Positions 30,190 to 40,600 are shown, counted from the stretch's first letter. The stretch is DNA of 64,000 bases from an uncultured Acidobacteriaceae bacterium (GCA_963774735.1 CAVZGJ010000008.1:45543-109542), one strand, 5' to 3'. The notes: generated by a model not told the origin, from the letters alone. Numbers and translations: made by a program.

Positions 30190-32631
30190 CTAGAGCTCGC
30201 GGATCGCCGTCACCGGATTCACCCGCATCGCTCGCTGTGCCGGAAGATAGCACGCCAGCAAAGACATCGCCGCGAGCAGAATCAGCACGGCAAAGATCGT
30301 CACTGGGTCATTGGCGCCGATGCCGTACAGCAGACCGGCAATGACGCGGGTCAGCCCGAATGAAAGAGCCAGTCCCAGCGCCAGCCCAATTGCCGTCAGC
30401 CGCATTCCCTGTAGCAGCACCAGCCTCATCACATCCGTTCGCGAAGCCCCCAAAGCCACGCGGATGCCGATCTCGTGCCTCCTGAGCTCGGTGCGGTATG
30501 CCATCACGCCATAAATGCCCGTGGCCGCCAGAACCAGCGCGATCACCGCGAATATCCCCGCGAACGTGCTCTGCATCACGACAAAGATACTCGCTATCGC
30601 GGTGTTCTCCCTCATCGTGCGCACGTCAAAAACCGGGAGCCGGCTGTCGACCTCCTGGATCGTGCGCTCGGCCGCCTGCAGCAGATCCGCCGGATTACCT
30701 ATGGTCTTCATTTGTACGATGAGTTCGGGACCCGGTAGCTGATAATAGCTCATATAGATCATGGGCCCGGGCCGCTCACTCATCATCAGGTGCTTCGAGT
30801 TCTTCACCACTCCAACCACCGTGACCGGGTTGATCGACATACTCGGCATACTCAGCCTTTTTCCTATCGGATCCTGCCCCGGCCAGTACCGGTTCGCCGC
30901 TGTCTGGTCCACGATCACTACGGGCGGCGCATTCTCATTGTCGTCCTGCCTAAAGTCGCGCCCTTCCAGAATGGGTATCCCCATGGTCTCGAAGTATCGC
31001 GGCGATACATCCGCTCTCCCTGCTTCCAGCGATTCATGCGGCCGTGGCACGTATCCTTCCGGATACGCGTCCTCCGTCTTTCGCGTCAGCGTTAGCGGTA
31101 CCCAGTCGGTAAGCGAAGCCACGGTCACGCCGGGCAATGCCTCCACGCGCTGGAGAATTTTGTCGCGGATCAACCGCCTTTGGTCATTAGGATAGCCGGA
31201 GATGTTCAATCCCACGGACGCGGTCAAAACATGATCTTGCTCAAATCCAGGATCTGCATGGGCAATGTTCCTGAGCGTGCGCAAAAACAGTCCGGAGCTA
31301 ACCAGCAGAGCGAGCGACAGCGCTACCTGCGCCACCACCAGGCCGCTGAGCAGCCGCCGATTGTGCTTACCGCCCGATACGCTTGCCGATTCCTCCTTCA
31401 GCACCTCCGCCGCCGGCACCTGTGACGACCGCCAGGCCGGAAATGCGCCGCACAGCAGGCTCGCCAGAACTGCCAGTGCCACAATTGCGATCACAACGCC
31501 GGGATCGACCATGCCGTTTATCGCGATTGGGATCGCGTTCGGCGGAAAGAACAGGGCGAATGTCTTTGCCGTCCACAGAGTCAATAACAACGCCGCCGCT
31601 CCCGCGCAGAGGGCAAGGATCACGCCTTCGAGCATCATCTGCCGGACAACGCGCACGCGACCTGCACCCAGCGACTGTCGGATTGCGATTTCGCGCCGCC
31701 GCGACACAAACCGCACCAGTGTCAGCGTGGCCACATTGGCGCACGTCAGCAGCAACACGATCCCCGCAATGGACAGCAGGATTGGGAGCGTAAGCGCCAT
31801 ATATCCGTTCGCGCCGAACGGCGAGCGCCACATCGGATCCAGCGTGATCGTGTTCGTGCCCAGGTGATCGTTAGGATACGCCGCCACTATCCGCCGCATG
31901 ATGGTCTCAAGATCCTGGTTTGCCTGCTCGCGGCTCACGCCCGGCCGCAGCCTTCCCACCACGACCAGCCAATTCCCGCTGCGCTCGGTCGTCCGCCAAC
32001 CGCCCGTTCCGAGCGGATCGAGCGTGATCCACATATCGTGCCGCAGTCCTGGCGCCGAACCGACGAAACCCTTCGGCGCCACGCCGATCACCGTCACCGG
32101 GTGGTGAGCAATCTCCAGCAGCTTACCCACAATCCCGGGGTCACCCGCAAAATGCGTCTTCCAGAGCGAGTAGCTGAGAATGACATACGGAATGCTTCGC
32201 CCTGCAGCCTCTTCTTCCGGACGGAAAAAACGCCCGTAGAGGGGCTTCACGCCGAGCACATCGAAGTAATTCGCAGTCACGTTGGCAATATAGATCCGTT
32301 CCGGCTTGGCTCCGCCGGTCAACGCAATCCAATCGTTGTGATACCCGATGATTCCCTCGAAGCTGTGATTCTGGTCACGCAGATCGCGGTAATCGAGATA
32401 GGAGAATGGCGGAGTCGGCGAGCTATTCCACTGCCCGCGCATCACGCTTACCAGCGAGCTCATATCTCGCGCTCCCGGTATCGGGTGCAGCATCGTCCCA
32501 TCAATCCAGCTGAACACCGTGCTGTTGGCGCAAATGGCCACTGCCAACATCACCGTAGCCGCGACCGTGTATGCCGGATTCTTGCGAAGTCGCCGCAAGG
32601 CAAAACGAACATCCTGTAGCAGCCCTCTCAC
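30190..32631 (-). CDS. ADOP family duplicated ABC permease (MacB/FtsX-like)
   Basis: LLQDVRFALRRL start, LLLTCANVA, RRREIAIRxSLGA, VAQVALSLALL, GIYGVMAY..EIGIRVALGA and PAQRAMRVNP. GGAGG RBS before GTG 32631. Confidence 0.9.
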   Translation of the reverse strand: MRGLLQDVRFALRRLRKNPAYTVAATVMLAVAICANSTVFSWIDGTMLHPIPGARDMSSLVSVMRGQWNSSPTPPFSYLDYRDLRDQNHSFEGIIGYHNDWIALTGGAKPERIYIANVTANYFDVLGVKPLYGRFFRPEEEAAGRSIPYVILSYSLWKTHFAGDPGIVGKLLEIAHHPVTVIGVAPKGFVGSAPGLRHDMWITLDPLGTGGWRTTERSGNWLVVVGRLRPGVSREQANQDLETIMRRIVAAYPNDHLGTNTITLDPMWRSPFGANGYMALTLPILLSIAGIVLLLTCANVATLTLVRFVSRRREIAIRQSLGAGRVRVVRQMMLEGVILALCAGAAALLLTLWTAKTFALFFPPNAIPIAINGMVDPGVVIAIVALAVLASLLCGAFPAWRSSQVPAAEVLKEESASVSGGKHNRRLLSGLVVAQVALSLALLVSSGLFLRTLRNIAHADPGFEQDHVLTASVGLNISGYPNDQRRLIRDKILQRVEALPGVTVASLTDWVPLTLTRKTEDAYPEGYVPRPHESLEAGRADVSPRYFETMGIPILEGRDFRQDDNENAPPVVIVDQTAANRYWPGQDPIGKRLSMPSMSINPVTVVGVVKNSKHLMMSERPGPMIYMSYYQLPGPELIVQMKTIGNPADLLQAAERTIQEVDSRLPVFDVRTMRENTAIASIFVVMQSTFAGIFAVIALVLAATGIYGVMAYRTELRRHEIGIRVALGASRTDVMRLVLLQGMRLTAIGLALGLALSFGLTRVIAGLLYGIGANDPVTIFAVLILLAAMSLLACYLPAQRAMRVNPVTAIREL

Positions 32632-32688
32632 GCCTACCTCCCTCAAAGGAAGTTTGATCTTGGAGAACCAGAGTATTGCCCTTTCGAA

Positions 32689-32704
32689 TGCACGCAGTGT
32701 GCCA
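32689..32704 (-). promoter_or_regulatory. Sigma-54 (-24/-12) promoter for the ADOP permease
   Basis: Minus strand TGGCACACTGCGTGCA: GG-N10-GC spacing, 58 bp upstream of the start codon. Confidence 0.65.
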
Positions 32705-33084
32705 AAACACCTATGTCTGTAAGTCTATATCCGCCATCGACATAGGTTGGGGCCATAATCTCGGCTCCGCCAACATACTGTCCATTTGTGGACCGGATGT
32801 CCGCTTTCGAAGCTTCCTGCAAAGCCGAAGCAAAGCGCTCCTCGGCTCTGAGGTGATCGTTACCTGATAAGCGAGCTTGCTGTACCGCTCATCTGGACCG
32901 TCTTTTCTAACGGCAAATCGGCCAGCGTTCGCCGATCTGCCTCCGCATGAACCTCAATTGAGGCCAACAGGGCAATGCGCTCATTGAGCGAGTTTGGGAA
33001 CATTAGTCCCGAGAAACGCGCTTGCATTAACCAATGTTCGGCCCTTCCCGAAAAGTCGGGTTTCTATGAGCAGGTCACTGGAGT

Positions 33085-33333
33085 CAAGTGTTTTTTGTCT
33101 TTTCCTTCATAGCGTCTTTGCCTTTGTTGTTGTTTGTTGTGGTTGTTTCCGCGTTGTTGCCTCTCCACCATGTTTCTATTCGCACTTTGAGTGAGCCGTT
33201 CGTGGCTCTGTGACGGGTTGGGGTCAGAAGGAGAAGTCGATGCTGCCAGTTTTCGGCCGGCCTTGTGAAGGCCCAACCCGACACGCAGTCACCGGGACGC
33301 GGGGTTTAGCAACGGTGAACATGACTTCGATCC
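33085..33333 (-). ncRNA. Candidate bridge/seek RNA region of the IS110 element
   Basis: Non-coding region downstream of the transposase with internal stems (33214-33222 pairs with 33272-33280) and a 9-nt match to the reconstructed target site. Confidence 0.55.
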
Positions 33334-34420
33334 TCAGGCAGCTACAGCGTAGAACGGGATGTATGGCTCTTGCGTGACCCAGATGCGATGAAGCAGTACT
33401 GCTAGCTTGCGAGCAACGGCGACGATGGCACGATTGTGGGACTGCTTGCCTCCACGCGAGGCCAGATGCAGACCCCACTGTCGTAACGTCGAGTCTCTTC
33501 CACGCGGCCCGAGGACATGGTTGGCGCACTCGACCAGGAGAGATCTGTAAGTAGATATTTCCAGCCTTGGTAATACCAAGTTGCGGATCGCGGTCCCCGG
33601 ACTGGCTGCGTCTCGGTCGCAGGCCGAGGTAACAGCCCACATCGCGACTTCGCTTGAAGCGTTCTTTGCTTCCCAGAGTCAGCACATAGGTCAACGCAGT
33701 GAGCTGGCCGACGCCGTAGACCTGAAGCAGCGCCTGCGTCTCCTGATACTCCGTCTCGGTGAGTCGCTTGATGGTGCGGTCGTACTGCTGGATCTTCACC
33801 GTCATCGCAGCGATCTGTTCGAGAACCGGGCCAAGCGCCACAGCCAGACCTGGCGGCAGCACGGCCATGCACCGCTTGGCGAAGCATAAGGTGGACGAAG
33901 CTGGAAGCCGATAGCCGCAGGGCTTCGCCAGGCCGCGCACTGAGTTAACCGCCGCTGTCCGCAGACGAACGATCAGGTTGCGGGCACGAATCAGGGTCAG
34001 AGCTTCCTGTTGTGCAACCGTGCGATGGGAGATCGGTCGCAGGATCTCCGGATCGAGCCGGGCATAGCGAGCGATCTTTTCCGCATCCACCGTGTCGCTC
34101 TTGCGGTCGCTGTGCGAGATCGCCCTGAGCTCGCGCACGTTGGCTACGATTACTTCGTGGCCCTGTTCTCGGAGTTGTTCGCTGACCCAGATCGAATGGG
34201 TTCCAGCCTCCATCGCAACCCGTGCCCTGGGCACATCGGTAAACCACTTCCCGACTCCCGAGAGTGTCGTGCGAAACCGCCCCCGGTCAACCACTTCTCC
34301 ATCTTCGTTGAGCGTGCAGTAATGGCTCCAGACATCCCCAAGATCGATCCCGATCGTCATCCTAGCCTTGGCGACGCTGCGTGGAACTTCCGCGATGAGG
34401 TGTTTCGATGGCTTTTTCAT
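33334..34420 (-). CDS. IS110 family transposase/recombinase (apparent frameshift ~33545)
   Basis: IGIDLG, VAMEAG, KSDTVDA (DEDD), GVGQLTA, YLGLRPRRSQSG, then AIVAVARKLAV in the shifted frame. Confidence 0.92.
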
Positions 34421-34674
34421 GGCGATAGTCTCTCCGATCCAAGAGACCGGCTCATCCCATTTTTCGGAAACTTCAATTCTCGTTCAGCGATAACAGGCAA
34501 TTGGCTCCAGTCAAGTCACTTATTCTATTGGTGTTGCGAATGCCATTATTTTCTTTTTGCCATTTTTCGCCCAAAAATCGCTTGTCAAGCCCAAAATCCC
34601 ACAACTCCAACAAAACAAACCAAATAGAAATGAAATTTAGTTACAATCAAACCCATATAATTAACTTAGAGATC

Positions 34675-34709
34675 AGAGAAAAGCAAAGCCCCGGCCACCC
34701 GCCGGGGCT
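34675..34709 (-). terminator. Probable rho-independent terminator downstream of udg
   Basis: 9-bp stem AGCCCCGGC/GCCGGGGCT (34687-34709) followed by TTGCTTTTCT on the minus strand. Confidence 0.6.
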
Positions 34710-34835
34710 AACTTATTGATATAGGCTAATTTGGACGCAATCCCTTTGTTATGAATATCTTGCAAGCCAAGCCGACACGTAAATCCATGAATACAGGCGA
34801 CTTACGCGCGGGCAATAGGGAGGGGGTATACCCCC

Positions 34836-35714
34836 TCAACTCTTCGCCGGAGCCTTCAGGCCCAGTTCCTTCATCACCATCTGCAAATCCTTCCACGCCT
34901 CACCCTTCATCCGCGGATCGCGCAGCAGGAACGCCGGATGATAAGTCACCGCCAGCTTCGCCCCACGGCACCTGTGCCACCGCCCGCGCAGCCCGCTCAG
35001 CGACTGCCTCACCCCCAACAGGTACGTCGCAGCCGTTGCCCCCAGTGCCACCACCACCTCCGGCTGCACCACATCAATCTGCCGCAGCAAGAACGGATCG
35101 CACGTATTCGCCTCCACTGGCTCCGGAGCACGATTATTCGGCGGCCTGCACTTCACAATATTGGCGATGTAAACCTGCTCGCGCTTCAGCCCCATCGCCT
35201 GGATCATGTTGTTCAGCAGCTGCCCGGCCTTCCCCACAAACGGAAGCCCCTGCACATCCTCATCAGCCCCCGGCCCCTCGCCCACAAACATCAACCGCGC
35301 ATTGGCATCGCCATCGCCAAACACAATCTTCCGCCGTCCCGCATAAGCCAGCGGGCACCGCGTACAATCGCCAATCTCTTCTTGGATTTCAACCAGAGCA
35401 GCAGACTTGCGCTCGGCGGCCACTCTTATCTCAGGCAACGGCGCAAGATCATCGAAACTCACGAGCTTTGCTATCGGAGGCTCCAGAAAGGCAGGTCGGC
35501 TCGGAACCGCATCGTCCTCAGGTATCTCCGCAACGGTCTCAACAACAGGCCGCCCAACAGAACTCGCTGGCGGCGCAACCGGAACGGCCGCAGCCACCGG
35601 TTCAGACTTAGCTTCAACCAACATCGGCTCGCCACGACGATAAAAGTCGTGGACGCCCATATCGCGAAGATAGTCCACATAAGCCCGCAGCTGCTGCTCC
35701 CGCTCACCTGCCAT
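34836..35714 (-). CDS. Uracil-DNA glycosylase family 4
   Basis: CTRC, FVGEGPGADED, PFVGKAG, NIVKCRPP and YHPAFLLR motifs. Confidence 0.92.
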   Translation of the reverse strand: MAGEREQQLRAYVDYLRDMGVHDFYRRGEPMLVEAKSEPVAAAVPVAPPASSVGRPVVETVAEIPEDDAVPSRPAFLEPPIAKLVSFDDLAPLPEIRVAAERKSAALVEIQEEIGDCTRCPLAYAGRRKIVFGDGDANARLMFVGEGPGADEDVQGLPFVGKAGQLLNNMIQAMGLKREQVYIANIVKCRPPNNRAPEPVEANTCDPFLLRQIDVVQPEVVVALGATAATYLLGVRQSLSGLRGRWHRCRGAKLAVTYHPAFLLRDPRMKGEAWKDLQMVMKELGLKAPAKS

Positions 35715-35747
35715 GGCTCTATGGTATCGCTCTCCGTGGTATCGCTC

Positions 35748-35960
35748 TTAGTGCAGTGGAAGATCCAACACAGGCTCGGCCGGCCGCTCTGGCAGAACAA
35801 ACTTCACATGGCCCTGTTTGATCTCATCCTGCGCGACCCGGCAAGCCTTCATCGACTTGGCTGCAATCAGCGGCGACGCCCCCGACTGCAACTGCCTCGC
35901 CCGGCGCGCAGCACCCTTCACCAGGCTGTACTTGTTATGGAATGCACCTTCGTTCGTCAT
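35748..35960 (-). CDS. rpoZ: RNA polymerase omega subunit
   Basis: NKYSLVKGAARRARQL motif, located downstream of gmk. Confidence 0.88.
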   Translation of the reverse strand: MTNEGAFHNKYSLVKGAARRARQLQSGASPLIAAKSMKACRVAQDEIKQGHVKFVLPERPAEPVLDLPLH

Positions 35961-36035
35961 GCAATTACCCCCATAGTCAGCAGTTATAACTCAGCTACGC
36001 GATTTGCTCTACACAAATCGCAGTGGATAAGTAGG

Positions 36036-36714
36036 TCACAATTCCTGAAACGTACTCAACGCCGCTTTCAACCGAGGCGAAGCAGCATCCGTTCTGCAGC
36101 TCGAAGCAATAGCCTGCACTCCGTCCCGCACGCCGCGCTCGCACAACACAATCGCTCGCAGCTCAGCAACCGCCTGGTCGAGAACATCGTTGACCAGAGC
36201 ATACTTGTAATCCCGCATCTGCTTCAACTCGTTCCGCGCCTCCGCCAGCCGCTTCTCAATAACAGCCTCGGAGATCGTCGTGTTCGAAGCCGCTTGCTCC
36301 GCCTCGCTCCGGTTGCGCAATCGCATCTCCAGCACCTGCGGACTCGGCGGCAACACGAAGATCGACACCGCCTCCGGCATCTTCTTCATCACCTGCACCG
36401 CACCCTGCACATCGATATCCAGCAGCAGATCCTTCCCTGCCCGCTTCGCATGCTCCAGCGTCTGAGACCGCCGTCCCATAGTAGTTCCCAAACACCTTGG
36501 CCCACTCCAGGAACTCCCCCGCCGCAATCATCTGCTCAAACCGCTCCCGCGTCGTGAAGTGATACTCCCTGCCATCCTCCTCCGAACCCCGTGGCGCCCG
36601 CGTAGTAAACGAGATCGAAAACTCTAAACCATCCACCAGCGTCCGAAGCTGACTCACCAGCGTCGACTTCCCTGACCCCGACGGCGCCGAAATAATAAAA
36701 AGAATTCCCGCCAT
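36036..36714 (-). CDS. gmk: Guanylate kinase (apparent frameshift ~36468)
   Basis: SAPSGSGKST, TTRAPR, NYYGT, then LLDIDVQGA and IFVLPPS in the shifted frame. Confidence 0.92.
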
Positions 36715-36777
36715 TGCCCTTCCATCGCCAGCAAAAAATGTCTTGTTTTTTCAGTCTAACAACCGCGCAACAAGTCT

Positions 36778-37684
36778 CTACTCGAGATTCTGAACCTGCT
36801 CGCGAGATCTCTCGATCTCAGCCTTCATCTCCAACCCCAACTCAGTAATCCGCAGACTGTTCTCGCCCGAAGCTCCGCTCGTCTTCGACAGCATCGTATT
36901 TGCCTCACGATTCAGCTCCTGCAACAGAAAGTCCAACCGCTTGCCGAGTTCACCGCCCTCATCCAGCATCGCCACAAACCGATCCACATGCGTTCGCAGC
37001 CGAACAATCTCCTCCTCAATATCGCTCTTCTCCGCCAGAGACCGCAGCTTCAGCGAGCAATCTCTCTTCCGTCACCGGAACTCCTTCAGTCAGCTCAGTC
37101 AACCGGCTTCGCAGCCGCTCGAACTGCGCCTCTCTGACTCCATTCCGCAGATCCGCCATCTCTTCGGCAAACGCCCGCAGCCGCAGCATCGAAGCCCGCA
37201 GTTCCGCAACAAGCATCGCGCCTTCCTGCGCTCTCACCTCATTCAGCTTCTCCACCAAAGCTCCAACCAGCGCAAGCACCGCCGCCTCAAGCCCAGCCAA
37301 CTCCTCCGCTCCAACACCGCTCTCCGCTGTCATCATGCCCGGAATCCGCAACATCGCATTCAGGTCCGGCTCATAAGCCAGACCATTCGATTCCGCAGCC
37401 TCGCGATAAGCCTGCATATAAGCGCTCAATAACCCGCCATTCAACTGGATCTCCACGCTCGCCCTTCGCTCCAGCTGCAGCGTCACCTCCACATGACCGC
37501 GCCGCAGACGCTCCTTCAGCATTCGTCGCATCTGCATCTCCAGACCATCGCAGTACGAAGGCAATCGAAGGTTGAGGTCCAGAAAGCGATGGTTCACACT
37601 CTTCACGGATAGCGTAAACGCAACCTGTTCCCGCACCGCTCCGCGCAGACTGGCATATCCGGTCATCGAGTAGACCTCGCTCAC
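36778..37684 (-). CDS. yicC: YicC/YloC family endoribonuclease (apparent frameshift ~37035)
   Basis: SMTGY, KSVNHRFLD, GKRLDFLLQELNREANT and REQVQNLE motifs. Confidence 0.9.
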
Positions 37685-39555
37685 GCAATCCCCTCCAGAT
37701 TCGCCGCCAACGCAACCTCTACACTCCCAGGGCCTCCCAGATCACCGGCACTGAACTGCATGTTGTACAGGCGCTGATAGGTACCTGACTTCTGCATCAG
37801 CTCCTCGTGCGTACCGATCTCGGTAATCTGACCGCCCTCGATGACCGCTATCCGGCTGGCTCTCCGCACCGTCGACAGCCGATGCGCAATCACCAACACC
37901 GTTCGCCCCCGCATGAGATTCGCCAGCGCAGCCTGCACATACTGCTCACTCTCGGTGTCCAACGCAGAGGTAGCCTCATCCAGGATAAGAATCGGCGCAT
38001 TCTTCAGGATCGCCCGCGCAATCGCCAGCCTCTGCCTTTCTCCCCCGCTCATCCGTGCCCCCCTCTCACCAATCTTCGTGTTGTACCCTTCCGGCATATC
38101 AATGATGAAGTCGTGCGCAAGCGCCATCCGCGCGGCCTCCTCCACTTTGCTCATTGGAACGTCCGGCTGCCCATAAGCGATATTGTTCCGGACCGTATCG
38201 TTGAACAACACCGTCTCCTGCGTCACCTTACCAATCTGCTCACGCAGAGATGCAATCGTCACGTCCCGCAAATCGTGGCCATCGATCAGAATCCGCCCCT
38301 CGTTCACATCGAAGAAGCGAGGAATCAAATTCACCAGCGAAGATTTACCCGCGCCACTAGGCCCGACCAAGGCAATCACCTCGCCCGGCTGCACCGTCAG
38401 ATTGATTCCGTGCAGCACCTGCTTCGTTTCACCGTCCTCGCTCGAATAGGCAAACCCCACATCTTCAAACTGAATGCCCTTGTTGAAGCCCTTCAGCACG
38501 AACGCGCGTTTCTTCTCCTGCACATCATCCGTCGCGTCCATAAACTTGAATATCTCTTCGCTTGCGCCCAGTGCCTGCTGAAAGCTGTTGTAGAACACAG
38601 GAAACTTCCTGACTGGGTCATAAAGCATAATCACCGCGCCGAGGAACGTGACAAACCCGCCAGCGCTATCTCCATGCAGAACACTCACTCGTCCCAGATA
38701 CAGAAGCAGCGCAATCGCAACCGCACCCAGAAAGTCCATGAGCGGGGAGCTAATCGACTGCACAGCCACCGATCGTATGTTCGCGCTCAGCAAGCGATTC
38801 GCCGCGTGGCGGAACCGGCGCATCTCCCAAAGCTCCATGCCGAACGCCTTCACAATCCGATTTCCCGTGATCGTCTCATGAACAATGTTCTGAATCTCAG
38901 CCAGCTTGTCCTGACCTGTCCTCGTCGTCGTACGGACCCTCCGCCCAATCCGCCTTGCCGAGCTGAAGATGACAGGAACAAACAGCAGCAGAACCCACGC
39001 CATCTTGCCGCCCACCAGAATCACCACACCGATCATGAAGATCAGCGTAAACAGCTGCTGCAGGAAATCGCTCATCACTGACGACATCGCCATCTGCACT
39101 CGCTCAATGTCGTTGATCAAAGTCGAGAGCAGCGTCCCGGTCGTATGCTTCTGAAAAAAAGCCACCGATCTGCGCAGCAGAGCGTCGTAAAGATCGTTGC
39201 GCAGGTCCGTAATCATGCCGAATCCCGCTTTATTGGTCAGCAGCGTCCCCAGATAATCGCACACCGATTTCACAACCGCAGAGCCCACCAGCGCCACTGC
39301 CACGACTGTCCAGGCGTTGTGAAAGTGGCTCGGCAGCAGCCATTGCAAATTGACGCTCCGATTCGTATGCGGGATAGTGAACAGCAACACTTGGTCCGGC
39401 GATGCCTTTGCGCTCAACACGTTGTTGAGTATTGGTTTGATAAGCAGTATCCGGAAAGCCGCCATGGCGCCTACAATCGCCATCAGAACGACCGACGCAA
39501 GCGAGTAGAGCGCATACGGCCTAACATAGAGCAGCAATCGCCAGATACGTCTCAA
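37681..39555 (-). CDS. msbA: Lipid A export ABC transporter ATP-binding/permease (MsbA-like)
   Basis: TMD plus GPSGAGKS, SGGERQR and LDEATSALD. Located in an LPS transport gene context. Confidence 0.78.
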   Translation of the reverse strand: MRRIWRLLLYVRPYALYSLASVVLMAIVGAMAAFRILLIKPILNNVLSAKASPDQVLLFTIPHTNRSVNLQWLLPSHFHNAWTVVAVALVGSAVVKSVCDYLGTLLTNKAGFGMITDLRNDLYDALLRRSVAFFQKHTTGTLLSTLINDIERVQMAMSSVMSDFLQQLFTLIFMIGVVILVGGKMAWVLLLFVPVIFSSARRIGRRVRTTTRTGQDKLAEIQNIVHETITGNRIVKAFGMELWEMRRFRHAANRLLSANIRSVAVQSISSPLMDFLGAVAIALLLYLGRVSVLHGDSAGGFVTFLGAVIMLYDPVRKFPVFYNSFQQALGASEEIFKFMDATDDVQEKKRAFVLKGFNKGIQFEDVGFAYSSEDGETKQVLHGINLTVQPGEVIALVGPSGAGKSSLVNLIPRFFDVNEGRILIDGHDLRDVTIASLREQIGKVTQETVLFNDTVRNNIAYGQPDVPMSKVEEAARMALAHDFIIDMPEGYNTKIGERGARMSGGERQRLAIARAILKNAPILILDEATSALDTESEQYVQAALANLMRGRTVLVIAHRLSTVRRASRIAVIEGGQITEIGTHEELMQKSGTYQRLYNMQFSAGDLGGPGSVEVALAANLEGIA

Positions 39556-39635
39556 GCCACCACTCTCCCAGTCGTCATCCTACAGCGCATCTTTCCATTC
39601 TATTGCGCGCATGGGTTCCGCCTTCTTCCAGTGCG

Positions 39636-40577
39636 TCATTTCGGCATATCCCGGTGCGCAGTCTTCGCCCGGTATCCCTCATTCGCCAAGCGCTTCTTGA
39701 TCTCTTCCGCAATAAAGACCGACCGGTGTTGCCCGCCTGTGCACCCGAATGCGACCGTTAAATAGCTCTTCCCCTCCTTGATGTAATGAGGCAAAAGAAA
39801 CTTCAGTAGGTCTGCCGTCTTGTCCAGAAACTCCTTCGTCTGCGGAAACTGCCGAACGTACTTCGCTACCTTCGGGTGCTTTCCTGTCAGCTTGCGAAAC
39901 TCCGGCACAAAGTGCGGATTCGGCAGGAACCGAACGTCGAAGACAAGATCCGCCTCCGTCGGCACGCCGTTCTTGAATCCGAAGCTATTCGACGAGATCA
40001 TCAGGCTTCGCCCACTGTCCTCCCGTCCGAACTGGGAATCAATCCGCGCCCTAAGCTCGTGCACATTGAATTTTGTCGTATCAAGCACGATGTCGGCCAC
40101 ATTCCGTATCGGATCCAGCCGCTTCCTTTCGGCGCGAATCGACTTCACGACCGTCTCGCTCCGCCCCATGGGATGCGGACGCCGCGTCTCCGAAAAACGA
40201 CGTATCAGCGCCTCTTCGCTCGCCTCCAGAAAGAGCACCCTCGTCGGCAGAACCTTGCGTACTTCATTCAGGATCGACGGAAACTCATCCAGCCGCATTC
40301 CTTCGCGCACATCGACGACCAGCGCAGCCCGCTCGATCTCTGGTGATTGCCTCACCAGATCGGCAAATCTCGGCACCAGTTCCAGCGGCAGATTATCCAC
40401 GGAGTAGTAGCCAAGGTCCTCAAACGCCTTCAGCGCCGAAAGTTTCCCGGACCCGGAGAGTCCTGTCAGAATGACCAGTTCCCCCATGTACTCGGGCGCC
40501 CGGGCAGGTCGCTGTGGCTTCTTCCCGTTTCCAGAAGCCTTCGTTTTCGAACGATTCGAGTCCCTCTTGCTCGCCAT
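39636..40577 (-). CDS. rapZ: RNase adapter RapZ (YvcJ/YhbJ)
   Basis: TGLSGSGK, DNLP, ETRRPHP, FDVRFLPNP and GCTGGQHRSV motifs. Confidence 0.93.
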   Translation of the reverse strand: MASKRDSNRSKTKASGNGKKPQRPARAPEYMGELVILTGLSGSGKLSALKAFEDLGYYSVDNLPLELVPRFADLVRQSPEIERAALVVDVREGMRLDEFPSILNEVRKVLPTRVLFLEASEEALIRRFSETRRPHPMGRSETVVKSIRAERKRLDPIRNVADIVLDTTKFNVHELRARIDSQFGREDSGRSLMISSNSFGFKNGVPTEADLVFDVRFLPNPHFVPEFRKLTGKHPKVAKYVRQFPQTKEFLDKTADLLKFLLPHYIKEGKSYLTVAFGCTGGQHRSVFIAEEIKKRLANEGYRAKTAHRDMPK

Positions 40578-40600
40578 GCTGAGAATCCTAGCATCCCCGC

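Larger units (their letters stand above)
33062..34528 (-). mobile_element. IS110 family (IS1111-type) insertion sequence
   Basis: TTCTAT repeated at 33062-33067 and 34523-34528. Imperfect subterminal inverted repeats (ACTGGAGTCAA / TTGGCTCCAGT). DEDD transposase and a ~270-bp downstream non-coding region. Confidence 0.8.

Noticed and set aside
34938..36557. Long antisense ORFs (also 8806-10290, 21057-22409, 37807-39081, 49549-50919)
   Set aside because: These are shadow frames of well-supported opposite-strand genes, caused by high GC and strand skew. Their H/P/R-rich composition is not protein-like.
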